DNA from: an uncultured Chloroflexia bacterium
GTDB lineage: Bacteria; Chloroflexota; Limnocylindria; Limnocylindrales; CSP1-4
Direction of reading: 5' to 3'
Assembly (NCBI GenBank): GCA_963734535.1
Contig: CAVTHS010000011.1
Location: forward strand, 1-64,000
DNA: 64,000 nt
The notes beneath the pieces are model-generated. The model saw only the letters and a program-made list of their open reading frames with translations, had not been told where the DNA came from and made no database searches. The position numbers and the translations under genes were made by a program. Shown here piece by piece: positions 40,017-50,200 of this stretch (positions are counted from its first letter, which is position 1; each line of letters starts with the position of its first letter).

Positions 40017-41720
40017 TCATGGGACGGCTCCGGTGGGTGGACGATCGGCGGGCAAGGTCGCGACGGTGGGCGGACGGTCGGCGGGCAGGGCCGCGACCAG
40101 CGGCCAGCTGATCCCCTCGACGATGGCGCCCTCGGGCTGGGTGATGAACGGCGCGGTGACCGGAAGCACCTTCTCCGCGTGGCAGCGGGCGCAGTAGACC
40201 GGCTGGTGACAGTAGGCGCAGGCCCCGTTGCCCTGGTCGCGGATCACCTGGGCGTGGTTGGTCATCATCGTGTCGTGCTTCACGGTCACGGCGCCGGTCT
40301 TGTGGCAGTTGACGCAGTAGTCGCGAGCGTGACATCCACCGCACGACTGGCCGCCCGGGTCCACCGACGTCGCCACGCTCCGATGGGTGAAGACGTACAG
40401 GGGGTCGGCGTGGGTCGATGGCGGCTGGCCGAGCGGCAGGCTGGCGATTGCCGTCCCGATCTGGGGGAACGTGTGGCACGTGTCGCAGGTGGAGGGGATG
40501 ACCTCATTCGTGATCGTGCCGTCCTTCACCAGGAAGTGGCCGCCGTCGTGGCAGCGGAAGCAGCCGGGGAAGTCCAGGTGGCCGAGGTTGTCCGGGTAGG
40601 AGGCTGCCGTCACCTTCATGTCGGGCGTGGCCGCGAGGCGGTAGAGGAGCTTGATCTGGGCGACTGCCTGGCCGATCGCCGTCGCCCGGGTCGCGGCGAC
40701 ATCCGGGTAGTTGAGCGAGTAGAAGCTCGCGAGCTTGTCCGCCTCCGCGTCGGCGGTCGGCACGTCGGGGAACGCGGACCAGAGAATTCGCATCGCCTCC
40801 CGCTTGATGAACGGGAGCGTCGGGTCGATCTGGCCGGAGACGAGCTTCGCGTCCGTGCTCAGGCCAGGGTTCGGAATCGGGTGGCCCACCCGGTTGTGAC
40901 ACGTGATGCAGTCCATCTTCCGGTTCGGCTCGGTGGCCTTGATCTTCGCGATGTCGGGCCTGACGTCCTCCGCGACGCCCACCTTGTCCTGGGCGATGAA
41001 CTCCTCGACCGTCCCGTCGGAACGCGTCACGGCGACGTAGTCGATCTTCTGGGCGTTCGCGGAGGGGGCCCGGAACTGGACGTCGGAGAGCACGTGCCAG
41101 TGCACGCTGCGCCTCACGTCCGCGACGTCCCCCGAGCCGGGCCGGATCATGAGCCCGACGAACTGGCGCGTGTTCGCCTGGTCCTCGGTGAACGTGGTCC
41201 GCGTCACGAGGTTGACGGTCGCCAGCCGCTCGAGCGAGTGACAGCGCAGGCACGTGTCGGCGACCGGAGGAAGGTCGGAGTGGTCCGGAGGCGGCACGGG
41301 CTTCGGATAGAGGCCCGTGATCACCTGGATCAGCTGCTTCGTGCCGTTGAGCTTGGCCTTGATCCAGCCCTCGACGCCCGGCTCCACGTGGCACTCGCCG
41401 CAGGTGACGTCCCGATGCGGGCCCGCGTCGTACGCCGCGAGCTCGGGCCCCATCTGGTGGCAGCGCCCGCAGAAGCTCGCAGTCTCCGTCCACTGGATGA
41501 GCGTGACGCCCGTCCAGACGGCAGCGAACCCGAGAGCGCCGAACACCAGGAGCAGCGCGAAGATGCCCGTCCGCGAGCGCGGAACCCGCAGCCGCGGAAG
41601 GCGGCGGCGCCGACGAGCCGGCTCCTCGGCCGCGGGAGTGGTCGCCCGAGCCGTCTCCGGCGGCATGTCGGACGGCATGGCCGGACCGCCGCCTTGGGCG
41701 TGCGTTCCGGGCTCGCTCAT
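40017..41720 (-). CDS. NapC/NirT-family, ImcH-like membrane decaheme cytochrome c
   Basis: TM + TETASFCGRCH; 10 CxxCH; MDCITCHNR, IDPTLPFIK, NLGH..FPGCFRCHDG motifs recalled from ImcH-type proteins. Confidence 0.85.
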   Translation of the reverse strand: MSEPGTHAQGGGPAMPSDMPPETARATTPAAEEPARRRRRLPRLRVPRSRTGIFALLLVFGALGFAAVWTGVTLIQWTETASFCGRCHQMGPELAAYDAGPHRDVTCGECHVEPGVEGWIKAKLNGTKQLIQVITGLYPKPVPPPDHSDLPPVADTCLRCHSLERLATVNLVTRTTFTEDQANTRQFVGLMIRPGSGDVADVRRSVHWHVLSDVQFRAPSANAQKIDYVAVTRSDGTVEEFIAQDKVGVAEDVRPDIAKIKATEPNRKMDCITCHNRVGHPIPNPGLSTDAKLVSGQIDPTLPFIKREAMRILWSAFPDVPTADAEADKLASFYSLNYPDVAATRATAIGQAVAQIKLLYRLAATPDMKVTAASYPDNLGHLDFPGCFRCHDGGHFLVKDGTITNEVIPSTCDTCHTFPQIGTAIASLPLGQPPSTHADPLYVFTHRSVATSVDPGGQSCGGCHARDYCVNCHKTGAVTVKHDTMMTNHAQVIRDQGNGACAYCHQPVYCARCHAEKVLPVTAPFITQPEGAIVEGISWPLVAALPADRPPTVATLPADRPPTGAVP

Positions 41721-41733
41721 CGGGTGGACCTCG

Positions 41734-42333
41734 TCAGCCCTTGACGAGCTGCTGCACCAGCTGCTCCATGTCGCCCGGCGAGAGCCGGCCGATGCGCACG
41801 TCGCGAATCAGGCCGTCACGCCCGATGAAGAAGTGGATCGGGATGCCGTAGGTTCGGTAGAGGTCGGCGATCCGGCCGGACGGGTCCGCGACCATCGGGA
41901 AGGTGAAGCCGACCCGCTTCGCGTAGTCCTGGACGGCGGCCAGGTCCTCCTGGATGAAGACGCCGAGCACCGCCAGCCCCTGCGGCTTGTACTTCGCGTA
42001 CGTGGCCTCGAGGTCGGTTGCCTCGGCGCGGCAGTCAGGGCACCAGCTGGCGCCGAAGGTCAGCCAGGTGGGCTGACCCTTGAGCGCGGCAATGGAGACC
42101 GCCGAGCCGTCGAGGGCAGTCGCCTGGAAGTCGGGCGGCAGGTTGCCCGCGCGCGGGGGCGAGCCGGCCGCCGCTCCTCCCGGCACGAGGGTCACCCCGT
42201 CGTCTGCGGGCTTGTCGACGACCCAGGCCACGACCCCGACGAGTGTCGCCGTCACGGCCAGGACGAGGAGGGTCCGCAGGCGGCCCGCGGCCAGACCGAC
42301 CGGCCGCGACGCCGGGATCTGGATCACATCCAT
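41734..42333 (-). CDS. resA: membrane-anchored thiol-disulfide oxidoreductase (ResA/TlpA)
   Basis: FGASWCPDCRAE, YGIP.HFFIGRDG. Confidence 0.85.
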   Translation of the reverse strand: MDVIQIPASRPVGLAAGRLRTLLVLAVTATLVGVVAWVVDKPADDGVTLVPGGAAAGSPPRAGNLPPDFQATALDGSAVSIAALKGQPTWLTFGASWCPDCRAEATDLEATYAKYKPQGLAVLGVFIQEDLAAVQDYAKRVGFTFPMVADPSGRIADLYRTYGIPIHFFIGRDGLIRDVRIGRLSPGDMEQLVQQLVKG

Positions 42334-42362
42334 GGCCGTCTCCGTTCGTCAGCCGGCCCGGC

Positions 42363-43248
42363 TCAGGCCAGGCCGCTGTAGCTGTGAAGCCCGCCGAAGA
42401 AGAGATTGCCGAAGTAGGTGAGGAGCGTGGCGCCGAAGCCGACCAGGAGCAGGAGGGCCGCCTTGTTGCCGCGCCACCCGCGGACCACCCGGGCGTGGAG
42501 GTAGGCACCGTAGATGAGCCACGTCACGAGCGATGCGGTCTCCTTCGGGTCCCAGCTCCAGTACGTGCCCCATGCGGTGTCGGCCCAGACGGCGCCGAGG
42601 ACCACGGTGAGGGTCAGGAAGGGGAAGCCGATGACGATCGCGCGATAGCCGATCTCGTCGAGCACTCCGGGCTTCGGCAGGCCCCAGCGGCCGGTCGCCG
42701 GCTGAATCAGGTAGAGGAGCGCCGCGGCGAACGCGATCGTGAACGAGCCGTAGGCGACGATGGCGGTCGCGACGTGAACGGTGAGGAGCATGTTGTTCTG
42801 GAGCGCGGGGATCAGCGGCTCGATGCTCGCCGGGACGGTCGCGGCGTAGGCCAGCAGCGCGAGCGCGACGGGGAGGGCCAGGAGGCCCAGGATGCGCTGG
42901 TGGTATTTCCGCTCGAACCAGTAGTAGGCGCACAGGATCCCGAAGGCGAAGGCGATCGAGAACTCGTACATGTTGGAGAACGGGCCGTGGCCTGTGGCGA
43001 TCGTCCGGAAGACCAGGCTCGCCGCGATGGCGAAGACGCTCAGCCCGCCCAGGAGGGTCGCGTAGTGCCCGATGGAGGCGGTCCGGGGCCCCGACGTGAA
43101 GCCGATCCCCCCGGTCGTCATCGGGACGCCCGCGGCGGCCATCCGGGCGGCCCGGACACCCGAAAGGGCATAGAGGACATAGCCGGCGAGGGCGAGGAAC
43201 GTGCTCAGCGTCCCTGCGACGAAGGCGTATTCGGCGAGCTTTCCCATG
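42363..43248 (-). CDS. ccsA: cytochrome c synthase subunit CcsA/ResC (system II)
   Basis: HGPFSNMYE, PALQN..L.VHV, WWD domain GAVWADTAWGTYWSWDPKET, GLHSY. Confidence 0.95.
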
Positions 43249-43260
43249 GTGCGGCGCTCC

Positions 43261-44778
43261 TCAGCTGCGCGCCGGGCCCGTGACGGCCTGGCGGATGTCC
43301 GTGACGAGAGACGTGAACTCGGCGTCGAGGTCGCTGTCCCGGCGGCCGACCGCCGCGACGGAGAGCGAGCTGCCGCCGTCGGGCCGCGGTGCGAGCTGGC
43401 CCCAGATCCGGCGATAGGGGACGAAGAGGCGGACCATGAACCCCACGACCAGGAGGAGGCAGCCCAGCCACACGATCGGCGTCCCCGGATCCTTGGCGAC
43501 ATTGAGGCCCGTGTACTTGGTCTCGCGGTCGAACGTGTATGTCAGGCCCTCGATCGTCGTCGGCGTGCCCTGGTCAATCGACTTCTGGACGATCGGGTTG
43601 CCGGTGTCGGAGGCGTACAGCTCGATCGCCACCTGGCCGGGCTTGACGCTCGGGTCGTCGGGACCAGTGGTGGCAACCACCCAGACCGCGATGTTCTGGC
43701 CCGGGAGGGAGAACGTGCCGACCTTGTTGCCCCCGTTGTTCGAGGTCCAGGCGAGCGGCACGCCCGCGGAGTAGAGCGTCGCGCCCTTCGCGTCCTTCAC
43801 GGTCACGACCGCGGCCGGCCCGAAGAACGCCTGGTAGAACGAGACGTCGCCGTAGCGCAACGGCTCGTTGACCCGGACCTGCTGCTGGGCCACGGTCCGG
43901 CCGTCGCGGGTGAGGACCACGTCGCTCACGTAGTCGGACGGAGCCCCGGTGTCCGGGTAGTACGTGTCCTTGAAGGAGTTGAGCGTGATGGAAAGGCCCG
44001 GCTCCGTTGGCACGGCCGACGTGGCGCCCTCCGCGAGCATGAACTGCGAGTCGCGGAAGCCCCACATGGAGCCGACCATCGCCCCAGCCAGGATGACCAC
44101 GATGCTGAAGTGGCCTGCGATCCCGGCCCACGGCTGCCAGCGGTTGCGGTCGGCGTAGATGCGGACCGTTCCGTCGTCCTGGGCGACCGTCCGGTAGTGG
44201 CGGCGCTTGAGGACCTGCTCCGTCGCGGCGAGGACGTCGGCCGGGGCGCGGTGGAAGGTCATCTGCTCGTGCTGCGGCGCATGCTCGAAGAACGTCGGGC
44301 CCACGTTCACGTGCGGCTTCGTCATGGTCCGCCACGTGCCCGGGATGCGGTGGAGCGTGCAGGCGATCGTGGAGGCGGCGAGGAGCGCGCCGATGGCCCG
44401 CAGCCAGACCGACTGGAAGATCGTGAAGAACTGGAGCTGGTCCAGGACTCCGGTCCATCCGCCGTACTTCGGGCGGACCTCCGCGAGCCAGCCGGCCCGC
44501 GCCTGCGGGTCGTCGGCGACGCCTGCGGGCATCTGGATCAGGAGCGTGCCGACGAGCCCAAAGGCCGCGAAGGCGAGGATCAGGAGCAGCCCGAACTTCA
44601 TCGAGGTGAGCAGACCCCAGAGACGGTCCAGCGCCGAGTCGAGGGCGCCGGTCCGGCCGGTCGCGGCGATGGTCGGCAGCCCGTCGGCAGGCAGCGCGCC
44701 GGTCAGGGCCGGCACGGCGGCAGCCCCGGACGGCAGGGTGCCGGCCGCAAGGTTCTGGGTTCTCGTCGTGTGTGCCAT
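43261..44778 (-). CDS. resB: cytochrome c biogenesis protein ResB/CcsB (system II)
   Basis: LTSMKFG, GTLLIQ, IACT..R, TM His (GHFS), VRVNEPL...FYQA, KDPG. Confidence 0.92.
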   Translation of the reverse strand: MAHTTRTQNLAAGTLPSGAAAVPALTGALPADGLPTIAATGRTGALDSALDRLWGLLTSMKFGLLLILAFAAFGLVGTLLIQMPAGVADDPQARAGWLAEVRPKYGGWTGVLDQLQFFTIFQSVWLRAIGALLAASTIACTLHRIPGTWRTMTKPHVNVGPTFFEHAPQHEQMTFHRAPADVLAATEQVLKRRHYRTVAQDDGTVRIYADRNRWQPWAGIAGHFSIVVILAGAMVGSMWGFRDSQFMLAEGATSAVPTEPGLSITLNSFKDTYYPDTGAPSDYVSDVVLTRDGRTVAQQQVRVNEPLRYGDVSFYQAFFGPAAVVTVKDAKGATLYSAGVPLAWTSNNGGNKVGTFSLPGQNIAVWVVATTGPDDPSVKPGQVAIELYASDTGNPIVQKSIDQGTPTTIEGLTYTFDRETKYTGLNVAKDPGTPIVWLGCLLLVVGFMVRLFVPYRRIWGQLAPRPDGGSSLSVAAVGRRDSDLDAEFTSLVTDIRQAVTGPARS

Positions 44779-44791
44779 TCGTGCGCCTCCG

Positions 44792-45670
44792 TCAGCCGCC
44801 GAGCGGCGCTGTCAACGCCGCGAGACGCGCGAGCAGGTTGGTGACCATGAGAACGCCGAGGCCGATGAGCATCGCCCCGCTCACGAGCGAGACGACGCGG
44901 TGGTGGTGTCCAACCCAGCCGAGCCGGCGGGCGACCCACGTCGCGCCCATCGCGACGGCCAGGAACGGCACGGCGAGCCCGGCCGCATAGGCGAGGAGGA
45001 GCACGGTGCCCTGGGCCACGCTCCCGGTGGTGGAGGCGAGGCCGATGATCCCGCCGAGGATCGGGCCGATGCAGGGGCTCCAGCCCGCGGCGAAGACGAC
45101 CCCGAAGAGGAGCGACCGGCCGTAGCCGGGACCGCGCAGGCGCACGCCCGCGCCGGGTCCGCCGCCGAGCGTCAGCGTGCCACCACCGGGCAGGGCGCCG
45201 CTCGTCATCGTGCCGGCGCCGGCCATGGCGCGGCTCGCGATCGTGTCGCCGGCACCACTCATGCCGCCGCCCGCCAGGCCGCCGCCCGCCATGGCGCCAC
45301 CGGCCAGGGCGCCGCCGAAGGCGGGCATCGGGCGGGTGTCGCGCCACAGCGCCCGGAGGTTGATCACGCCCGCGACCTGGAGGCCCAGGACGATGAGGAC
45401 GGCCCCGCCGATCTGGCGGAGGTACTTCGCGTTGTCCGCCAGGGCGTATCCAATCGCGCCGATCGATGCCCAGAAGGCGACGAAGACGAGCGTGAAGCCG
45501 GTCACGAACGCGAGGCCGTGGACGAGGCTCCGCCGGCGGTCCGCCGCTCCCGTGGCGCCAACCATGTACCCGATGTAGGCCGGCACGAGCGGCAGGCAGC
45601 ACGGCGAGGCGAAGGAGACCACGCCTCCGAGGAATGCGACGAGGAGGCCGATCCCGGCCCCGACGGTCAT
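44792..45670 (-). CDS. ccdA: cytochrome c biogenesis thiol-reductant transporter CcdA
   Basis: SFASPCCLPLVPAY, GWSPCIGPILG, YAAGLAVPF. Confidence 0.93.
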   Translation of the reverse strand: MTVGAGIGLLVAFLGGVVSFASPCCLPLVPAYIGYMVGATGAADRRRSLVHGLAFVTGFTLVFVAFWASIGAIGYALADNAKYLRQIGGAVLIVLGLQVAGVINLRALWRDTRPMPAFGGALAGGAMAGGGLAGGGMSGAGDTIASRAMAGAGTMTSGALPGGGTLTLGGGPGAGVRLRGPGYGRSLLFGVVFAAGWSPCIGPILGGIIGLASTTGSVAQGTVLLLAYAAGLAVPFLAVAMGATWVARRLGWVGHHHRVVSLVSGAMLIGLGVLMVTNLLARLAALTAPLGG

Positions 45671-46968
45671 GGCCTGGCGCTCGATGACGGCGCGGCGCTC
45701 GACGCAGGCGCGGTCGATGGCGCGGACGATCCCGCGCTCGCGGCGGGGGAGCCGGCCGGCGCCGCGCTCGCGAGGGCGTCGAGGTGCGCCTTCACGGTCG
45801 TGGCGATATCGCTGTCCGGGGCGAGCGCGACGACGCGCGACCACTCGCGCTGGACCCCGACCATGTCGGCCGGCTGGCGGTTCAGGTAGAGGAAGCCCAG
45901 GTCGTAGTGCGCCTCGACGTTCTTCTCGTCGAGCGTCAGGACCTGTTTCCACGCTGTCTCGGCCGTGGTGGCGTCACCCAGGTTGAAGGCCGTCGCGCCG
46001 AGGGCCAGGAAGCCGCGCACGTTGGTCGGCTCGATCGCCGTGACCTTCGAGTACCAGTCGCCAGCGGTCTTGTAGTCGCCGGTCCTGTAGTACTCGTCGC
46101 CGAGCGCCATCAGCGAGTCGGCGTCCTCCGCGTTCGCCTGGATCTTGACCATCAGCGCGGCCACGGCCGCCTGGTCGAGGACCGGCGCGCTCGCGGCGGC
46201 GCTCGGTGCCGGGCTTCCGCCCGCGCCGATGACGGACGCGCTCGTGCCGCCCGCGTTGAAGCCCATCACGACCACGATCCCGATGGCGGCCACGGTGGCG
46301 CCGACGATGGCCAGGTTCCGGAAGGCAGCCGACCCGATGATTCCCAGGAGCTTGCCCGGGCGGGAGGTGGTCCCGGTTCTGGCAGCGGTCGACGCGGCGC
46401 GCTCCGCGGCGGTCCCGACGATCTCCCGGTGCGCGGTCGGATCCACCTCGGCCAGGAGGGCGTCGATCTCGTCGTCGCTGACGATGCGTCGGCCGGTCTC
46501 GTCGACGAGCACCGCCGCGGTCGCTGCCGCCGCGGCTGCCGGGGTCGCGTTTGTTGCCGCCGCGGCCGAGGCCGCGAGCACGGCCGTGTCCTTAGCCGCG
46601 CCCGCCGCTCGCCCCGTCGCGGCAGAGGGTGCCGCGACGGGGGTCGGCGCGAGGGTTTCCCGGCGAGCCGGAGGTGTCGCCGGCTCGCCGGGCAGGACGG
46701 CCGGTCGCGCGCCCGCCCCGACAAGGGCGACGGCACGGGAGAGCGCGGCCGGGTCCGTGAGAAGTGCGTACGCCTCGTCGGCACCGGAGGCCTGGACGCG
46801 TGCCCAGGCCCGCAGGCTGCGCGGCGCCGCCGCGAGATACGCGGAGACCGTCTCGTGGGCGGTGCTCACGTCCTCGGGCGTGGCGGACGGGTCGAGCCCG
46901 AGGCGTGACAGGAGCTCGCGCTCCAGCTTCTCCGGGCCCCTGGGAGTGGTGCTGCCCGGGCCGCTCAT
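45667..46968 (-). CDS. membrane-anchored TPR protein (CcmI/CycH-like) with degenerate N-terminal J-like domain
   Basis: TM then TPRs (LMALGDEYY, FLALGATAF, AHYDLGFLY); N-terminal LGLDPSAT.EDV...EAYALLTDP. Confidence 0.8.
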   Translation of the reverse strand: MSGPGSTTPRGPEKLERELLSRLGLDPSATPEDVSTAHETVSAYLAAAPRSLRAWARVQASGADEAYALLTDPAALSRAVALVGAGARPAVLPGEPATPPARRETLAPTPVAAPSAATGRAAGAAKDTAVLAASAAAATNATPAAAAAATAAVLVDETGRRIVSDDEIDALLAEVDPTAHREIVGTAAERAASTAARTGTTSRPGKLLGIIGSAAFRNLAIVGATVAAIGIVVVMGFNAGGTSASVIGAGGSPAPSAAASAPVLDQAAVAALMVKIQANAEDADSLMALGDEYYRTGDYKTAGDWYSKVTAIEPTNVRGFLALGATAFNLGDATTAETAWKQVLTLDEKNVEAHYDLGFLYLNRQPADMVGVQREWSRVVALAPDSDIATTVKAHLDALASAAPAGSPAASAGSSAPSTAPASSAAPSSSARP

Positions 46969-47229
46969 CGCGCGGCTCTGGCCGGACGCGCCCACCCGGC
47001 GCGTGCTCGTCTTCCGTGCATCTCGGATTGCCCTCGTTGATCGGCCGGGTCCATACCCGGTCCGTGACACCTGCACCGAAGTGTCGGCTCCGCGAGGTCG
47101 TGATCCCATCCGCCGGGCGGCACAAATGCGCCGGCGGACGAATGCTCAAGAGATACGGAAGGTCGGGGGGGGCTCTACCGATCGGTAGAGGGGGAAAGGC
47201 GACGGGCCATTCGCCGGGCGCCGTTGGGC

Positions 47230-50200
47230 TCAGTACGACTCGTCTTCGTGATTCTTGCCATGGCACGTCAGCGTGCACGTGCCCGTCTGCGTGCCGGCGC
47301 GAGTCCAGTCCACGGAGCCGATGTTCCCGGTCACGTTCGGCGCGAAGTTCACGAGACCAGCGTTGGTGCCGCTCTGCGATGGCGAAGGGCTCGTCCGGAA
47401 GTCACCCGCAAACGAGTTCGAGTGGATCCGGAAGTGGCATTCCGCGCAGATCGCGTCGCCGCGGCCCGCCTCGGGCGTGTCGATGGTCCCGTCGACAAGG
47501 CCCCGGTTTCGAATGCCGATCACGTGCAGCCCGTGGTACCGGAAGTTGGTGTCGGTCCTGGTCTTGCCGCTGGCGTCCGTGAACGGCGCTTCCGCATGGC
47601 ACATGTAGCACAGGGCGAAATCGGCTGACCGATAGGGTTCCGTGAAGGGCTTCAGGTCGCGATCGCGGTAGTTCTGCATGAGATCGCCGCGGTACTGGTT
47701 GGCGTGAGGCGCCAGGTCAGAGCCGGGCGCCGGCGGCGACGTGGTGTTGAACTTGCGGGAGTCTCCATGGCAGTTGGCGCAGCGGATCGTGCTGCCGGTC
47801 GTGAACGACCAGAGCTTGTAGGGCGATGTTCCGGCGAGACTGTTGGCCATCGCGGCGGTCGCATTCTTGCCCGGCGCCTCGATCGGGTGGAAGGATCCGT
47901 TGGCAGGATTGAGCTCGATACCCTTGTCCTCGGCCCACCACGAGGGGTGCTGTGGATCCTTCGCCGGCAGCACGGTCGAGCCGGAATGGCACTTCAGGCA
48001 GAGCTGATACTCGAGCGTCGTCTTGCCGGTCGACCCATCGAGGAAGGCATAGCCGGGCGCGCTGTTCGCGGCGCCATTCGTGACCGACACGCCGGTGACG
48101 CCCGTGAGCTCGCCAGGGGCCGTCCAGCCCTGGGTGGTCTGGATGCTTGGCGCGCCCGAGGCGGCGTGGGGATCGTGGCAATCCGCACACTCGTTATGGC
48201 GGTTGCTGACACCCCCGAACTCGACGTCGGTGGCAAGCGTGTGGCCGCTGCCGCCGGCCAGGGCGTCGTGGCGGTAGTAGGAGCCCGTCGCCGGGGAATT
48301 CTGCGGGACGAGCGGGTCCGTGTACTGGGACTGGACCTTGCTCGTGGCCCCCGAACCCAGGGTGTCGTGACACCGGAAGCACAGGGAGGATTGAGGCAGG
48401 CTGCTCACCACGAGAGACGCGGTGCCCTGCGCCGTGTGCGTGCTATGGCAGAACGCGCACTGATCCGCCGCCATGCCATAGGGTCCATGGATGTCGAGCG
48501 CCATCCCCCCCGGTGCCGCCGGGGCGACGAGGACATACCTGGTGCTCCCGACGGCACTGGCCGTGGCGGCCGCTGCCGGGAGCCCGAATAGGGAGCCCGG
48601 CTGGACCAGGCGGTACCTGAGGTCGGGGCTGGTATCCGGCGCCAGGCCTATCGGGAGACCCCCCGCCGGGCCGACCGGCTGGAGGCCCGGCGCGGTCGAC
48701 TGGGTCGAGCCCGGCTGGGCCAGGCGGTACGCGAGCGCTGGATCAAGGTTCGGCGCCGGCCCGACGGAGACCCCGGGGTTCTGGACGGGCGATTCGAGGA
48801 GGGGCGGCTCAGCCCCCATGTGCAAGGTGGCAGCGACCGCACCGATGAGAGCCGTGCCCGCGTCGGTGATCCGGAATTCGTACGATTCCAGGTACTGGGC
48901 GTCAGTCGTCGGCCGGATCGTGAACTCGACCTCCGTGTAGGACATGGCTGGAAGGGTCAGCGGGCCGGCCGGGTTCGGGCCCATGGAATGGCGGCCGACC
49001 GTGCGGACCTGAGACGCGTCGCTGGTGTCGCGGCTTCGAATCGTGCCGACGCTGATCGTGTCGGCGTCCGGTCCGAGTCTTGACCCACCGCCCGGCACGC
49101 CGCTGCTTACCCACTCGGGACCCACGTAGAAGCCCATCCCAATCACGCTCTCGCCGCTCGGCACAGCGACGAAGGCTGTGCCGCACTTCGGGCGATACTC
49201 GAGCCGAGGCGAGATCGTCACGGGGCGATCGCCCTCGTTCCGCACCTGGAACCGAATCCGAACCATGCTGAAGCGCCGGACGTTCGCGAGGGGTTCGTCC
49301 TCGGGCATGTAGGTCGGCGTGAGGCTGAGGTCCGCTACTTCGCCGACGGTCGAATGCTCGATCTCCACGAGCGGTGCGACGAAGATGGTGGCCGAGGGGC
49401 CGATCGCGAGGGCGCCCGCCACCTCCAGGCTGGAGGCGAAGGTCGCCGCGAAGTCGAGGCCGCCGTCGACCGGCGACGAGGTCGGAGCCCGGAGCACCAC
49501 CGACCGGTCCACGGAGATGTCCGCGCCGACGGGATCGAGATCCCAAACGATCCTTTCGAGATTGCCGTCGTACGTCCCACCGCCGGCATCGACGATCGAC
49601 CAACCCGCCGGGATGACGACGTTCAGGCTGCTGGCCGGCTGATCCTCGGCGGTCGTGAATCCGACGGTAACCCGGAGCTGTGTGCCGGGATCGATCCGGT
49701 GGCGGCCCTCGGCCGGCGCATCGGTGGTCAGGTGGAGCCGGACCGTGGCCGCCGGGTTCGGGGCGGGTGCGACGAAGATGGTGGCCGAGGGGCCGATCGC
49801 GAGGGCGCCCGCCACCTCCAGGCTGGAGGCGAAGGTCGCCGCGAAGTCGAGGCCGCCGTCGACCGGCGACGAGGTCGGAGCCCGGAGCACCACCGACCGG
49901 TCCACGGAGATGTCCGCGCCGACGGGATCGAGATCCCAAACGATCCTTTCGAGATTGCCGTCGTACGTCCCACCGCCGGCATCGACGATCGACCAACCCG
50001 CCGGGATGACGACGTTCAGGCTGCTGGCCGGCTGATCCTCGGCGGTCGTGAATCCGACGGTAACCCGGAGCTGTGTGCCGGGATCGATCCGGTGGCGGCC
50101 CTCGGCCGGCGCATCGGTGGTCAGGTGGAGCCGGACCGTGGCCGCCGGGTTCGGGGCGGGCGAGGGGCTCGCGATCGGATCAGGCGAGGGGCTCGCGATC

